Assembly (NCBI GenBank): GCA_963693365.1
Contig: CAVNZM010000003.1
Coordinates: 3,543,106 to 3,607,105 of the forward strand
DNA from: Amoebidium appalachense
Taxonomy: Eukaryota > Protista > Ichthyosporea
Length of the DNA stretch: 64,000 nucleotides
Direction of reading: 5' to 3'
The notes below the pieces were generated by a model that ran no database searches, was not told the origin of the DNA, and saw only the letters and a program-made list of their open reading frames with translations. Position numbers and translations under genes: made by a program. This document shows, one piece after another, positions 1 through 56,462 of the stretch. Each line of letters opens with the position of its first letter. Within the stretch, counting starts at the first letter, position 1.

Positions 1-361
1 GTTGGTCAATAATGCCGGATACAGCAACAATAACAAGAAGGTGTGTGTGTGGGGAAGGGCTGTGGTTGTGTGTGTGTGTGGTGGTGGTGGTGGTGGTGGT
101 GGTGGTGGTGGGAGAGGGGGGGGGGGGGGGGGGGGGGGGGAGGGAGGGGGGTGTTGGTGGGTGGGTGGGTGGGTGGTGGTGGTGGTGGTGGAAGGGGGGG
201 AGAGGGGGGGGGGGGGGGCGCGGGGGTTGGTGTGTGTGTGTGTAGGTGGGGGGGTAGGTTTTTTTGTCTATTGTGTGTAAGGGGGTGGGTGGGTGGATAT
301 ATGGTTGGTTGGGTGTGGGTTGGTGCTTTAGCATGTGTGGCGGTTGGGTGGGTGGGTGGGT

Positions 362-402
<41 letters not shown>

Positions 403-523
403 TTGTATCTCTCGGTGGAGATATGAGGGTGGTTTTGCGGATGGATCAGTTGGCATGGTGGATGGTGGGAATGGACGTGAGTTTGTATGCAGTGGGGATA
501 AGTAGCAGTTCTAAGGGTGGCGG

Positions 524-561
<38 letters not shown>

Positions 562-754
562 GGTCAGCGGGGAGGATGTGGAGGGGGCGGGAGGGGGCGG
601 GGGGGATGTGACTATGTGAAGATAGTGGTTGGGTGTGAATGTTGAACTTGGGGAGAAGGAGGTCGGACGGGAGGAGAAAAATTGCCTATGGTTGTGAATT
701 CGTGGGGCGTGTGCTGTGGGAAGCAGCGATTGTCTTGGTTTTTTTGGGGGGGGT

Positions 755-786
<32 letters not shown>

Positions 787-1941
787 GGGGGGAGGAAGGG
801 ATGGCAGCGTGTTGGCCGTTGTCTAGAAGTGTACATGTGCGAGAAAATGGATGTACACAAGCTTTCAACCCCCCCCCCCCCCCCCCCCCCTCCCTCCCTC
901 CCCGCACACACGCACACCCCACCCCTCCCTCCGTTCCACAGGTGTTTCCCCAAATCCATTCTTTTTTTTTTGATGCTTCTCCCTTTGATCTCGTTTAGTC
1001 CCGAAACGGTCATGTGCAAGGTGGTAAGCAGTAAAGCCTTCTGTTGAAGCTTACTGTAAGAACTGAAAGGTTGGGGAGGGCTGGGATGGAGGGGGAAAGG
1101 GGAGGGGGGAGAAGGAGGAAGGGGGGGGGGGGAGGGGGGAGGGGGGGAGCGATGAAGAGGGGGGGGGGGGGGGGAGATAACTTTGCCATGTTTTTTTTTT
1201 AATCATAACTAGTTATTGAATTTTCGAGCTTTGATCGTTGGTAGGTTTTCTTCCCACTTGCATATTTCCCAACCCCCCTCCCCCCTCCAAGACCTTTTTT
1301 TTTTTGACTTCTCCTCTTCCTCAATTCCCACCCTCTAATGGATACACCCCCCCCCCCCCCCCCCCCCCCTCCCCCCACCTCAGCCTCACCCCACACCCAC
1401 ACCCACACCCACACCTTTCTTATTTCTTTTTTGATTTTTTTTGTCGTTCCCCTTTTTTCTCCGGGTGTGCCTTGTTGAAATTTCTTCTGAGACAGTAGAA
1501 CTTTTTTTTTCTTTTTTTATACATATAATGGACTTTATTCCCCGACAGCGATGAGTGAGTAGATAACTGAAATTTCACCGAAAACACTGAAATTTCAGGT
1601 ACCTGTTGTGGAGGAGACTGTAGCCAATTTCGACCTGCAGATGGCTATTAATTGCCGTGCCCCCTTCATACTGTGCCGGGAGGCCCTGAGGGATATGGGG
1701 GCACGTAAATCCGGACACATGGTCAACATTATCAGCACCGTGGCACTTATAAAGCAGGTGGGGCGCCTCACATCCCTCCTTCCCCATTGATTGAAAGTAA
1801 TGCACGCACATGCACACATACACATATTACTCCCCCCCCCCCCCCCCCCCCCCCCCCCAAGGTGTGATGCCTCACATCCCCCCCGTTCCCCTTAATGAAA
1901 AGCACACGCAAGGGCATACACACATACACACATACACACAG

Positions 1942-1976
<35 letters not shown>

Positions 1977-2364
1977 CCCTGCCCCCGGGCGCCGGAGAAT
2001 GGGCTCTTTTTGTGGCACATGTTAGTGGGCGTGCTCCTCCTCCCCCCCCCCCCCCCCCCTCCTCCTCCAAACAAAGTTTGCTTTTTCATATCCGTCGTGA
2101 ATGTGTGCTTCGTAATCTGTGGGTTGTACGGTATTGAAATTCCCCCCCCCCCCCCCCCCCCCCCCCACCACCACCACCACCACCACCCCCCACCCCCCCA
2201 CCCACCCACCCAATCCACCTACTCCTCCGCCCCCGCGCGAAAAAAAGAAGAAAAGAAGAGAAAGGAAGGAAGAAAAAATCGAGAGCAGAGCAACAAAAGA
2301 AGTGTACATACACACTCCTTGCCCGACCTTCAAGTACGCCCAGCCTCTCAGCTGAACATTCCCC

Positions 2365-2414
<50 letters not shown>

Positions 2415-2733
2415 CCCTTTCCCGGTGCCCCTCTCCTTTTGAGGCTCTCTCAGCCCCTACCCTTCCCCCCTCCCTCCCGCCGTCCCCCCCCCCCCCCCCC
2501 TCCCTGCTTTCACTCTCTCGTCATCCCCCCCCCCCCCTCCGTACCTAGCCCCCCCTAATCACACCCCCCCCCCCTCCCCTTTTCCCGGTGTCCCTCTCCT
2601 TTGAGGCTCTCTCAGCCCCTGCCCTTCCCACCTCTCTCCCGCCGCCTCCCCCCCCCCCCCCTAACTGCTTTCACTCTCTCGTCATCCCCCCCCCCCCCCC
2701 GTCCGGGGCTAGTCCCCCCCTGATCACCCTCCC

Positions 2734-2766
<33 letters not shown>

Positions 2767-2845
2767 TCCCCCCCAGCATGATCACCACCACAAACACTGC
2801 CTCCACACACGCACGCACGTACGCACGCAGGCAGGCAGGCAGGCG

Positions 2846-2927
<82 letters not shown>

Positions 2928-3390
2928 AATATTACAAACACCAGGATACTTCCCCTGCCTCTCCCCTTCCCCCCTTCCCTTCGGCCTTTCCCTCTCCTAC
3001 CATTCGGGAATTTTTCATTTTCAATATCGTTCACACCACCAAACCGTTTAACCCTTCCCATCTTTATTCCCACATTGACATGCGCCGTTTTCTCACCACC
3101 CCACTTTCCTAACTTTACCCCATCCACAGGAGAACTTCAGTGTCTATTCAGCTACCAAATACGCCATTATGGGCTTTACGGGGTCACTTGCAAAGGAGGC
3201 CCGACCCATGAACATTAAAGTCACAGCGGTTTACCCCGGCGGCACAGACACCAGCATCCGCCCCACGCCAAGACCAGAGTATATGTCTCCGGACTCTGCG
3301 GCAAAAATGATTGTTCATTGCATCAACGCACCACCGGAGGTTTTTGTCGATGAGATTGTGTACCGCCCGGGTGTGGAGATGAATTTCTGA
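1..3390 (+). CDS. Classical short-chain dehydrogenase/reductase (SDR), 5'-partial; exons <1-40, 1599-1757, 3130-3390
   Basis: GT-AG splicing keeps the frame: LVNNAGYSNNNKK | VPVVEETVANFDLQMAINCRAPFILCREALRDMGARKSGHMVNIISTVALIKQ | ENFSVYSATKYAIMGFTGSLAKEARPMNIKVTAVYPGGTDT...MNF*. It has the NNAG motif, the catalytic Ser region, YxxxK (YSATK) and the PGxxxT motif. Confidence 0.92.
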
Positions 3391-4267
3391 GATTGTTTTT
3401 GATCTTTTTTTTTTTTTTTGGTGGGGGGGGGGGGGGGGGGGGGGGGGTGTTCTGACGCTTAAGGGATACTTAAACTTCAATGGGGCACGGTCTTGAAACT
3501 GTGACTGTGGCTAGGCGATTGATGGTTCTTAGCAGGTGACCCTCTCTGGTTCCTTTTGGTGACATTATTAATAAAGCGAGGCTGAATATGTAGGTTTTAA
3601 CTCATAATATTATACTAGAAGTTATTGGATCATCTGAAAGCTCCAAAGTCAACCTGGTTGACAAATTTCAAAATTAATCCAGCTATTCATCTGTGGGCCG
3701 AGTATTTATGCAATGCGGAGGCCAGAGCAGGAGGGTAGATAGTATTCCTATACATATTTTACGCATTCTTCTTAGGGGACACGGTGCATGTGCCCCAAGC
3801 AGGTTATGGCCATGAAAAACAAGGCAGAAGAATGCATTTTCAGTTCGTGTAAATGACAGTCTCGGCTGGGCCAGCAAATAGCAAATAAACAAAAAACAAA
3901 CAAAGTACACTAAACACAAAACTACTTGAAAGTCGCACAGCCTTCCCGGAAGTTGTATATGTGCCCCCCCCCCCCCCCCCCCCTCCCCCCCCCCCCCCCA
4001 CAATTGATAACAACAACAACAACAACAACTGTTACAACAACAACACAAAAAAGACAAACTTTAAACAGGTGTACACATGCATGCCGTGACAATGTACACA
4101 TGATGATTGTGCGCACACGCACACCCTTCCCACCCTCCGAGCCCTCCCCCGGCCTCCCCCTCTCCCCCTGCCCTTCCTCCCCACATCCCTCATCTCCGCG
4201 GGACCCCTCCCCCCTTCCCATCCTCCCCATCTCCCCCTGTTCCCTCCCCCCACCCCCTCCCCCCCCC

Positions 4268-4298
<31 letters not shown>

Positions 4299-4385
4299 AT
4301 ACACACACACTTGAATTCCCCCTCCAACTCCTCCCCCAGCCCCCCCCCCCCCCCCCCCCCAACTCCTCCCCTCTCCCCCCCCCCC

Positions 4386-4418
<33 letters not shown>

Positions 4419-5097
4419 GAAAAGACCCCAATACATGCCTCAGATGAGATGTCAAAGCTTGTATATTAATTACCTACGTAGTACACACACACGCACATCA
4501 TGATGTTCTAGGGCACATTTGAATACACACCTGGCACATGTCCCTGATCGACACACGGCGTGTACGTGTACATACACGTACCGTACACCCGTACACACTC
4601 CTCTCTGAGCTCGAGCCTCCCGCTCGTTGGCAAACCCACACACCATCTCTATCAGATATTTGTGTGAACTTTCCATAACAGGGACTGTCACAATGGTCCG
4701 TGCCCTAGGGGCCTCGTATCTCGCCCGGTGTGGATAGCGCTTGGATAACCACGATTGAAACTTTGAAAATCATGGAAGTGTGATCGAAAATTTATCGCCA
4801 GCGACCTAAACTAATCTCAGCCAATCAGCAACAATAACACAAATACCCACCGCATACCTCAATTACTCACGTGGGGCAGCGGGTAACGCCAAAGTCGCCG
4901 GATTACTCTGTATAAATAGAAGGCGTTGAGCCTTAAGCGTACTACTTATTGAAATGGGCATCCACAATTTTCATTTCAATGAACTTACCAGCGTATAAAA
5001 ATCATGGGGTGTTTTTTGGTTATAGGTGGTTCAAAAGGCGCGCGGGCCCGCCGGCGACACCAAATTGTTTGGTATGTGCTAGATCGAATCATTAGTT

Positions 5098-5152
5098 GAT
5101 TGGCTATTGTAATTAGTAATCCACCAATCAGATAGATCTTGGGGGTATATAA
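5098..5152 (+). promoter_or_regulatory. Putative core promoter of the MFS gene (CCAAT boxes plus TATA box)
   Basis: GATTGG at about 5098, CCAATC at 5124-5129 and TATATAA at 5146-5152, about 120 bp before the ATG at 5269. A second CCAATC/TATAAATA pair lies at 4821/4911. Confidence 0.5.
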
Positions 5153-5268
5153 GCAGCACAACAGGTGAAATCATCTTCGGTTTGCACATGATTGTGTGCA
5201 CGAAACTTTTGTCGCGTAACAAAACAAACGAATACATTACATGATTTATTAAAGAAGGTTTTTCGAAG

Positions 5269-8193
<2,925 letters not shown>

Positions 8194-10186
8194 AGTTATA
8201 ACCTACAAGAGGTTAAAGGTGAATTCAAAATTTTAAATATTTAATCCAATCTGTTGTCGGAATAAGGTGTTCACTTGATGGCCCAGGTGTGCATGTGTGT
8301 GCTCTGCGTTACTAAGGAAACAAAGGGTGAATAGGAGGCCGACATTATATAAGCCAATAGCACGGCTGTTAGTTTTTAAACGTTTGTTTCGACCAATATC
8401 TATGGTCTGTTTAGTTTAACCTCTCGAATAAATTACATGCCTAAATCCTCCAGGTTATCGATCCTCCCCCCCCCCCCCCCCCCCCCCTCCCCCCCCCCCC
8501 CCCCCCCTTCCCCCCCCCCCCCCCCGCGCCTCTCTATCTCTATGAGGCCTGTGCCCCACCCTACCCGCTCTCTCCTGGTCATGCGAGCACGCACAAAAAA
8601 GCACACACAAACACACACACACACAACAACACACGTCCACATAAGCAAACACACTAAAATACACGTCCACATACACACGAAATCATACGTTCACACTTGA
8701 ACATGTGCACATAAACACAAATTACATGTGCATGTGCACACATTATTGGCAATCACCAAAGTTAATACTATAACCCCCAAAAGTGTTGCTTGTTTTCTCG
8801 ACTTGATTTTTGAAATTCGCGACCACTACACACGGATGACTATACATATGCACATGCAGGGAGAGAGATGTCATGGGGATTAAAAGAATAGAACATACAC
8901 ACAAGCACATACACGGTCAGACAGACACATCAACCTGCACACGCACGCCAGCACACACCTGCACACACCTGCACATACACACGTGTGCACACGCGCACAG
9001 GCGTGGGCGCGCGCACACACCCACACACGCGCGCACGCACACTCACACACACACGCACGACACACGTGTGCACACGCGCACGCACACACACTGTCCCATA
9101 CGACGGCGCCTCTTCACTCGGCTGTGAATGCAAACCGTGTGCGTCCGCCATGTGCCCACACACACAATGCATACCTGTCCCTCAAAATCCACACACATAC
9201 CTACACGTGCATTTGTGTGCATGCACACAGTCACGTACACACACAAACACACAGATACACACGTGCGCGCGCGCACACACACACACACACCCACGCACAC
9301 CCACGCACACACACACACATCCCCCGCCTCCCCCACACACACATATGCACCCACGCATGCACATTGAGAAACACGTGGTGTACCTTTTCACACACACACG
9401 TGCACATAACCACACACACAAGTACCAAGCACATATACACACACTTTTGTGCGCCTGTGTGTGCTTGTTAATATTTACACCGGTCTCCATCCAGCCGCGC
9501 AAGGAACTGGAGCCTGATTTATTCACTTCATGTCGTATGTACAGAAAACATTATAATATCTGTACATACTCGTTAAATAAATGGCATAAAACCGTCACAA
9601 TTCATATGCATTGGGGCTGTAATTACAGCTGGGCAGGCCCCAGATTGTCATCTTAGAATCTTTAAAAGTTTAAAAAGCACCATTGGTGTGGAAAAACGGG
9701 CATGAAGAAAAACGGGCGGTGGTAAACCCAAAAAAGCCCCCCCCCCCCCCCCCCCCCCCCCCCCCCACACACACACCCCAAAAAAAGAAAGAAAGAAAAG
9801 CATACGCAGTACCTCTCTACCGCATTCACGTATCTTCAAGAAAATCGAAGGTGGGAATTTAAGTTTCAGAACACCATTCGGTGTAATCAAATAGCGGCAT
9901 GTCCTTCAGAATCAATCCTCTGAATTCGGAGAAAACGGAAAGTATCGTACGAAAACATCATATCACAGCGGTTTTAGGACTTTTAAAATACAAAATTTCA
10001 ACAAACGATCAAGGGTACTTGGGTGGTCTCATTGGCTCAAAATCATGCATGCTTGGGCCCAATTTATCTCAAACCCCATCTGCGACTTTGAAAAGCACAT
10101 GTCCAACAACCCCAAAACGGGATTTTGGTGGTTTCATTGGCTCAAAGTCATGCATGCTGGGACCCAACTGGTCCAAAATCACGTGA

Positions 10187-27032
<16,846 letters not shown>

Positions 27033-27499
27033 CGAGGGATCTATCGGGTCTATGGTCCTACTCCTTCTCCTTTTGCAAATGCGTTTCCGTTTCTTGGGCG
27101 GTGTAAGAACCTGAGCAACACCCGTTGTGATATTTGATGCAAAGACACAGAGAAGTAAACACCGTTGGATGGCACTGAAGAAAAAAAAAACAGTAGGTAT
27201 AAAATCGGAGCACATATATTGAGAGCACGTATATTGATGAGAGCTTCTATTGCTGGCACACGCTGGTAACAGAGTGCAAGGTCGGCGGCAGTGTCGAAAG
27301 TTTCGCTCAGGTTTCCTCAGCTCAGGGTCAGACTTAGTCTCCAAGGCTATGTACCCACTGGCTTGCGTAAGTGGCTGAGCACTACTACGCTGGGGGACGG
27401 CGACATACAACTTAGCCTACATACAAAGATGGCACAAGTTAGGGTATCTGGGGGGTGGTCTTCATACAAAGTATGTTGAGCCGGGCCGCAGGGAGTTGG

Positions 27500-29354
<1,855 letters not shown>

Positions 29355-29360
29355 GCATTA

Positions 29361-29688
29361 TTGGATTGGGCGATGGACTTGGTAAGGTTCAAATCGAATC
29401 GCGAAGGGCCGCCAGGCCCGGAGCACGGCGCCCGGCGCCCGGCCCGACCGCCCACGAGGCAGCGCGGTCCCGGGGGGTCTGGGGGGGCCGGGGGGTGTGG
29501 GGGGGGGGGGGGGGAGGAAGTGGATCATTCACTCCCTTCCCCTTCCCCCCATATCCCCCCGCCCCCCCAGACCCCCGGGACCGCGCTGCCTCGCGGGCGG
29601 GTCGCGCCAGGCGCCGGGCGCCGTGCTCCGGGCCTGGCGGCCCTTCGCGATTCGATACGAACCTTACCAAGTCCCTCGCCCAATCCAA
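29361..29688. mobile_element. GC-rich palindromic MITE-like hairpin element (about 330 bp)
   Basis: TTGGATTGGGCGATGGACTTGGTAAGGTTC...GGCCCGGAGCACGGCGCCCGGCGCC at the left end is mirrored by GGCGCCGGGCGCCGTGCTCCGGGCC...GAACCTTACCAAGTCCCTCGCCCAATCCAA at the right end. There is a small loop near 29520-29530. Confidence 0.7.
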
Positions 29689-29857
29689 AGAAATCATAAG
29701 AGGAAGTCAGCGATTGGTTGATTGTTATCGCCGAAAGCTGATTAGACCAAAACTCTAGCAACGGGATGGAATTTCGTGCAGTCATCATGACGCCATTCAG
29801 TTCACTTGAACGGGGGCAGAAAGTTTGAAACACAACTACTGTAGCCATGGGCAGATG

Positions 29858-29958
<101 letters not shown>

Positions 29959-30589
29959 GCGTGCGTGCGTGCAATGGATCGTTTGTTGACTAATCAAGCG
30001 CCATTATTCAGGTTTTAAGGCGTGTTTTAACTTTATACAAATTGACGTACGATTTTTGCCGAAGTCTAATTAGGAGCCGACCCCCCATTGCAAGTACCGA
30101 TCTCAAATGATGTAGCGCAGCGCCCTTTTTTAACTGCTCTCTTACGTGTATGCTTAGCTATGTCCACGAGTTTGGAGGGGATATTATGAAACTGCGCCAC
30201 CCTCATTTGCGTAATGACATGAAACGTTTTCTACAGAGCTGCACATCAATGACATACCATGTGCACAGGGAACATCACATCAAAACAGCCTCTTTCTTCA
30301 TCCTCAGACCACTCATACTTCGTATATTCTTTATTTTTATTTTTTAATGTGGTAGGTAGGTATATATACATATTCAATTTCTAGCATATGTATGGCTTTT
30401 TTTTTTTTTACTCGCACGTACTATGTGCCAAATACAATATAATGAACCCCATAATCGGGCAAAAACTGCCTTTATTAAAAAGTAAACAAACCCGCCGAGG
30501 CTGTAATTTTATGCACACACGTACCCTGACCGTGTGATTCCATAAATTCAACATTCATACCATTATTATAGCCAAGTATCTAGCATCAT

Positions 30590-30622
<33 letters not shown>

Positions 30623-30806
30623 CAGCCAGCGGCCCTCTCCCCACTGCCCGCATTCAACCCTCCCATTACAAACACACGTGACTAGAGTCATTACACACCG
30701 TGTGTTCGTCACAAAACCAGGGGCTAAACGAAAAAAATTGTTTTATAACTACGGCAAATATTTTTCCATAGAATGTAGCAAAGATCAGGGTTTCTGTGCA
30801 CTGTGC

Positions 30807-30878
<72 letters not shown>

Positions 30879-31149
30879 GCCAGTGTGAAAGCATGCACGT
30901 GCATAAGCATGCACGTGCATGTGTATCTGATGGAAAGTCTACCTACTTGTTCATGACGATGCCAAAGGCATAAATACCATTTGGGATCCGACCATGCACA
31001 ACCACAATTTATATCACAATAAATGTTTACACGTTTCCGCTTTGCCAGCAGAACTACATCGCACTGTTCTCCACAATAAGGGGTAGTGTACAGATGGGCA
31101 TGCGCATGCCATTGAAGTGGTGGTGTTAATTAGTGGTGAAGGGGGTGGG

Positions 31150-51115
<19,966 letters not shown>

Positions 51116-51714
51116 CTTCGTTCTGTTTCCTGGAGGATGAGTGTGCAGCTACCTATCTATCACACCCAATAAGTTGAAACGCGTGCTTCCCACCACATAA
51201 AAACGTAGATGGTGTGCTTCGGGAGAAGATGTGGTAGAAAACAACACTGAGACGTTTTCTTGGTGCCTGCCAACTGCTCGCGTCCTGCAACTAATCACAA
51301 GATCACCAACACCCTTTCACCAACCCACACGTCTACCTACTCGTGGATGCTATGATGTGGGCTTCACACATATGATCCCTCGTCATCCCTGGCAAAACAC
51401 GATCGAGCAACGAATCACTCTAAAGTTATGAACGCTCACTCCTTTTCTCACTCGTTGTGCCTCACTCACACAGTTGTCTAGGTTGAAGTTTTTGTTTTTG
51501 TTCCGAGGGTCAGAAATGTTGCATTTTCGAACCCTGACTTCTTGGTTGTCAAGATCGCCCGATCACAGATTCGTAAAGATAAACTATATATGGATATTCG
51601 AGCATCCAAATATGGAAGGTGTTTGTATCACCCCTGTCGGCGAGCAATGTCAAAAAAAAAAAATTTTTCCTTTTGCCACCAGAAAGGGAGGAGGAGGAGG
51701 GGCGTGTGGGGGGC

Positions 51715-51747
<33 letters not shown>

Positions 51748-51948
51748 TGCTGGGCTGTATCACATGTGATAGAACCCTTTGCGGTGTGCTTGTGAGTGTG
51801 AGTTGGTCCGTTTCTACATATGTGAGTGAGCGATCAATTGAGTGAAGGAGGGTCACTGGGTGTACATGTGTGTGTGCGCTCACTGAGGGAAGGGAGGAAG
51901 GAGGAGGGACTGGAGAGCCTCGTACGCGTGTGCTACCGTGTCATATTC

Positions 51949-52014
<66 letters not shown>

Positions 52015-52159
52015 GGAAGAAAAAAAGCATTGTTTGGCGAACATGATATTAACATAACATGCACATTTGCCGTGTGTTTTTATTGGTGGACTGCTCCTGC
52101 AGCAAAACCCGCCCACGCCAGAAACCTTCAATAGTCTTACTAGTCTACACGAGGTGTCC

Positions 52160-52325
52160 TCTTATCCAGTCGCGATCATAGGGCTTGTACAATCAAACCG
52201 TGATTTTTATTCTAAAGCGTTCTATTAATTGGCTCAGGTTCATCTTATCCAGTCGCGATCATAGGGCTTGTACAATCAAACCGTGATTTTTATTCTAAAG
52301 CGTTCTATTAATTGGCTCAGGTTCA
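52160..52325. repeat. Exact tandem duplication of an about 83-bp unique sequence
   Basis: TCTTATCCAGTCGCGATCATAGGGCTTGTACAATC...TTGGCTCAGGTTCA occurs twice back to back, between the IMPDH 3' end and the ArfGAP start. Confidence 0.9.
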
Positions 52326-52863
52326 AATCTAGAAGTAAGGTGCTAATCAAAGATTCGCTTGCCGATGGGTATGTGACTGTGCATCACACGGTGTGTGCGT
52401 GTGGTGTCTTTGTGCACACATGAATGCAATCTCGATATCAGCCTTCTACGAGTGCAACATGTGACTGTGAATACAAGTTTGGGAAGGAAAAAAAAAAAAA
52501 AAAAAATGTAAAAAACAACCACGAAAAAAAAAAAAGAGAGAGAATATACCAAGTATCAATTATAACAGGTGTTGCTATGCACATACATCCATACCGCTCA
52601 AGTACCACCGACCGAATGTCATACAAAACTGGAAAAAACGTGTTGCTTGAAGGGTACGAGAGTAGAAATATCCTGCTCAGGTTCACTATGCACTCTTCAT
52701 CTCAGCTACATAATAATGGAGTAGAGATCAAACACTAGCAGGCTATACACTTCCAACCTCTGTTTTAAGTTCCCCTAAAAAATAGACAGGACTCTTAAGG
52801 GGTTGGTTGGCGTTGTTGGAACGAATCACCGCGAAAGGGCGGAGGAGGAACATGGTCACATGC

Positions 52864-53106
52864 TCAATACAGCCTCTTCTCGTATCTGCACGGGACAGGT
52901 GTGTGTTAATGCCGGCTAGTTGATAGTCCCCCCCACCCCACCCCCACCCCCACTCACACACACAAAAAAGGTTCCTTTCATTATGCAGACACATGTTGCG
53001 GGTTTCCGTGATTCCATGCACCTATACTGTCGAATGGTTTCAGGCAGCACTATCCATGGGCAGCCACAACTACAACAACAACAACACACACACACAAACA
53101 CGCACG

Positions 53107-53182
<76 letters not shown>

Positions 53183-53356
53183 GTATGCGAGTGAAGCAGA
53201 CAACACCGGAAGCAGGGCAAACCACGTATGACAGAATAAAATCACAAGTAGTCAGCATGGTATTGATCCCATTTCTTTCTGTCTTTCTATTCCTTTCTTT
53301 CTTTTCTTTTTTTCCTTTCGGGTTTCTGTGGGGGGGAGGTGTGCGTGCGTGCGTGC

Positions 53357-53420
<64 letters not shown>

Positions 53421-54105
53421 GGGGGAGGGGGGGGAGGGGGGGAGGGGGGAGGGGGGAGGGGGAACACATACGCGTGCAGGGAGTGGACACCGCCCTCTGC
53501 CTGAGCGGCGTTGCTGCGGCGCTCAAACTTGAGCTCGCCGCTGTACATCATGGCACGCAAGGCTGGCAGGGTCTTGGCTCCAATGTCCTGGCACCCGTGC
53601 TTCATGCCTGCATATGAACAAAACAGATTAGCAAATGCAGAAGGTGAAACACGGGGCATCCGAGTTGGATTTCCCTTTCAAAGCATCCTTTGCACGCACT
53701 TTCCCCCTAGCTGCAATCGTTCCCTCCCCTCCCCACCGCTTCTCTTTCTCTACCCCCATCTCTCTCCGCCTTCAGAACCTCTCTCCCCCCCCCCCCCCCC
53801 CCCCCTCCCCCCCCCCCCCCCCCCCCCTGCCCCGGTTACACATAAGGACATAATACCAGCACACGCGCACAAACAACCACACCACATCCCCCTACCCCTG
53901 CCCCCCTCCCCACCGCCCTCTCTATCTTCCTCCCCCCCCCCCCCCCCCCCCCTTCCCCCTCCCTGCTGCTACACACACGCAACCACACAACTCCCCCCCC
54001 CCTCCATCCCCTCTCCCCCCAAAGCCCTACCTATCCACCCGCCCCCCCACCCTCCTACACACACCCCACCAAGTCCCACCCCACCCGCCCAACGTACCAC
54101 AGCCA

Positions 54106-54169
<64 letters not shown>

Positions 54170-55380
54170 CTACACCCACTTACCAGCAATCAAGTAGGGG
54201 ATGAACTGGTGGATGGAGCCCTTATCCTTCACGCTCCCGGTGACACCCTGGGCCACCTTCACATCACTCGACTCACTGAAGTATCTGTTCTGACTGCTCT
54301 TGTTCACGCTCATGGCATCGAGAGAACCCATGCCACGGTACCGTTTGAGCCTCTGGCCGTCTTGGTAGAAGTATTCACCGGGGGCTTCGTTGGTACCGGC
54401 AAGCATAGAGCCCATCATCACTGAAAAAAGGGAAGGGGATATTAGTACGAGGTGGTTGTGGGTCGTATTGACGGTGACATGTAAAAACGTTGTGTGCGCA
54501 AATTGATTTAAAACACGTTGTGTGCGCAAATTGATTTAAAACAGAGCAGTTTCCTGACCATTTAAAGCCAACCTACACTGGCAAAACTCAAGTAATTGCT
54601 GAACATGACGATACACAACCTTCAATTTACCCTGCACACACAGGCACAACAAGCATGCGGCACAGGGCACGGCAGTGGAGGGGGGGGGGGGGGGGGGGGG
54701 GGGGGAGGAGGATATACGGGAGGTTACATAGGTGACAAGAGTACACATTTACACATTCACGACCAAAAAAGCAATGCAAATTTGCAGGCACGGAAAGGGG
54801 TGGGGGGGGGGGAAGGAAGAGGCACACATACCGCAAGAGGCGCCGAGAGCGAGAGCCTTAGTAATATGTCCCACGCAGCTGATACCACCATCAGCAAGAA
54901 TGGGCACCCCAAACCTGCGCGCATACTCCCCGACCTTGTACACGGCAGTGCCCTGGGGCCTGCCCACAGCCATCACCTCCTGGGTGATGCAAATGGACCC
55001 AGAACCCATGCCAACACGAAGGGCATCCGCACCGGCATCGATAAGGTTTTTGGCTTGTGCCGCTGTGACGACGTTACCGGCTGTATTTTGGGAGGGAGAA
55101 AGAGGAGGAGGGGATGGCGGAGGGGGGGGATTTGGGGGAGAGGGGGGAAAAAATTGATGTGGGAAGTAGGGAAGGAGAGAGGGATGGAGAAGGGGAGGAA
55201 GATTTGGAGGAGAAGGATGGGGGGGGGGGGGGGGGGGGAGGGGGGGGGGGGAGAGTGAGGAGGGGGAAGGGGTTCAGAAGGGAGAGAGAGTTTAGTTGAT
55301 GCTGTCTGTGCATGAGTATATGTAAGATTTGGATGTGTGTCTGTGCATTGAGGAGCCCTGTGCGCACGTGTGCGTGTGTC

Positions 55381-55443
<63 letters not shown>

Positions 55444-56419
55444 GTATGTGCTCTGCATGCACACATGTGCGCACGCACACACGCATGTGTCTGTAGTACT
55501 GCTGGTAGGTGTGTGTTTGTGCATGCAGTTGAGCTTTGCACATGGACGTGCGGGAGAGTGGGCGTCTTTGGCTGTATGTGTGTCTGTGCATGTGTTTGTG
55601 TGTAGGCTCGCATGTGGGTGCACATATGCGGGCGGGCACATATGCGGGTGGGCACATGTGTGTGTGTGTGTGTGTGTGCGTGCGTGTTTGTGTGTGTGTG
55701 TGTGTGTGTGCGTGTGTGTGTGTGTCTCTGTGTGTGTGCATGTGGGTGTTTGCGTGTAGTTTCGTGAATGTGGATGTGTGTGGGTGTCTGAGGTGCTGGG
55801 GTGAGAATGTGTGGTAGGGAAGCCTGAAGTAATGTGGTTGATGTTGTGTGCAAAGCGTGATTGTGAAAGAGCAAGGCATTGGGAGTGAAGGGTGGTTTCT
55901 TTTGAGGAAGGGGGGGGGGCGTCAGAATGTGTTACAAAGTACGAAGTATACATTCATTAATGGATACACTTGAATGCAGATTGCAAAGCACACATAAAAG
56001 ACCATGCATTATGGGCAATGGAGGAGAGTGTGTGTGAAGGGGGGAGGAGGGGGGGGGGGGGGGGGGGGGGGGGTGAGGGGAGGAGAGGGAGGGAGGAAGG
56101 AGGGAGGGGCGGAAAGGATAGCACATACCGACGACCTCGATCTGGGGGTGGTTCTGCTTGATGTGCTTGATCATATCGATCTGGTACACACTGTTGCCCT
56201 GGCTGCTGTCCAGCACAACAACGTCAAGGCCAGCCTCAATGAGAAGGCGGAGACGCTCACGGTCCTCCTCACGTGTACCAATGGCAGCACCAACTGATGG
56301 GGGAGGGAGGAACGGGGGAGGAGAGGGGGGGAAGTGGGGGAGGGGGAGAAGAGGGGGAGAAGAGGGGGAGAAGAGGGGGGGGGGGGGGGGGGGGGGGAGT
56401 TTGTGAATAAAAGATATGA

Positions 56420-56462
<43 letters not shown>

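Noticed and set aside
1549-1554. 6-nt micro-exon CAG|CGATGA|GTGAGT in the SDR gene
   Set aside because: It would introduce an in-frame TGA, and the flanking exons already join in phase 0.
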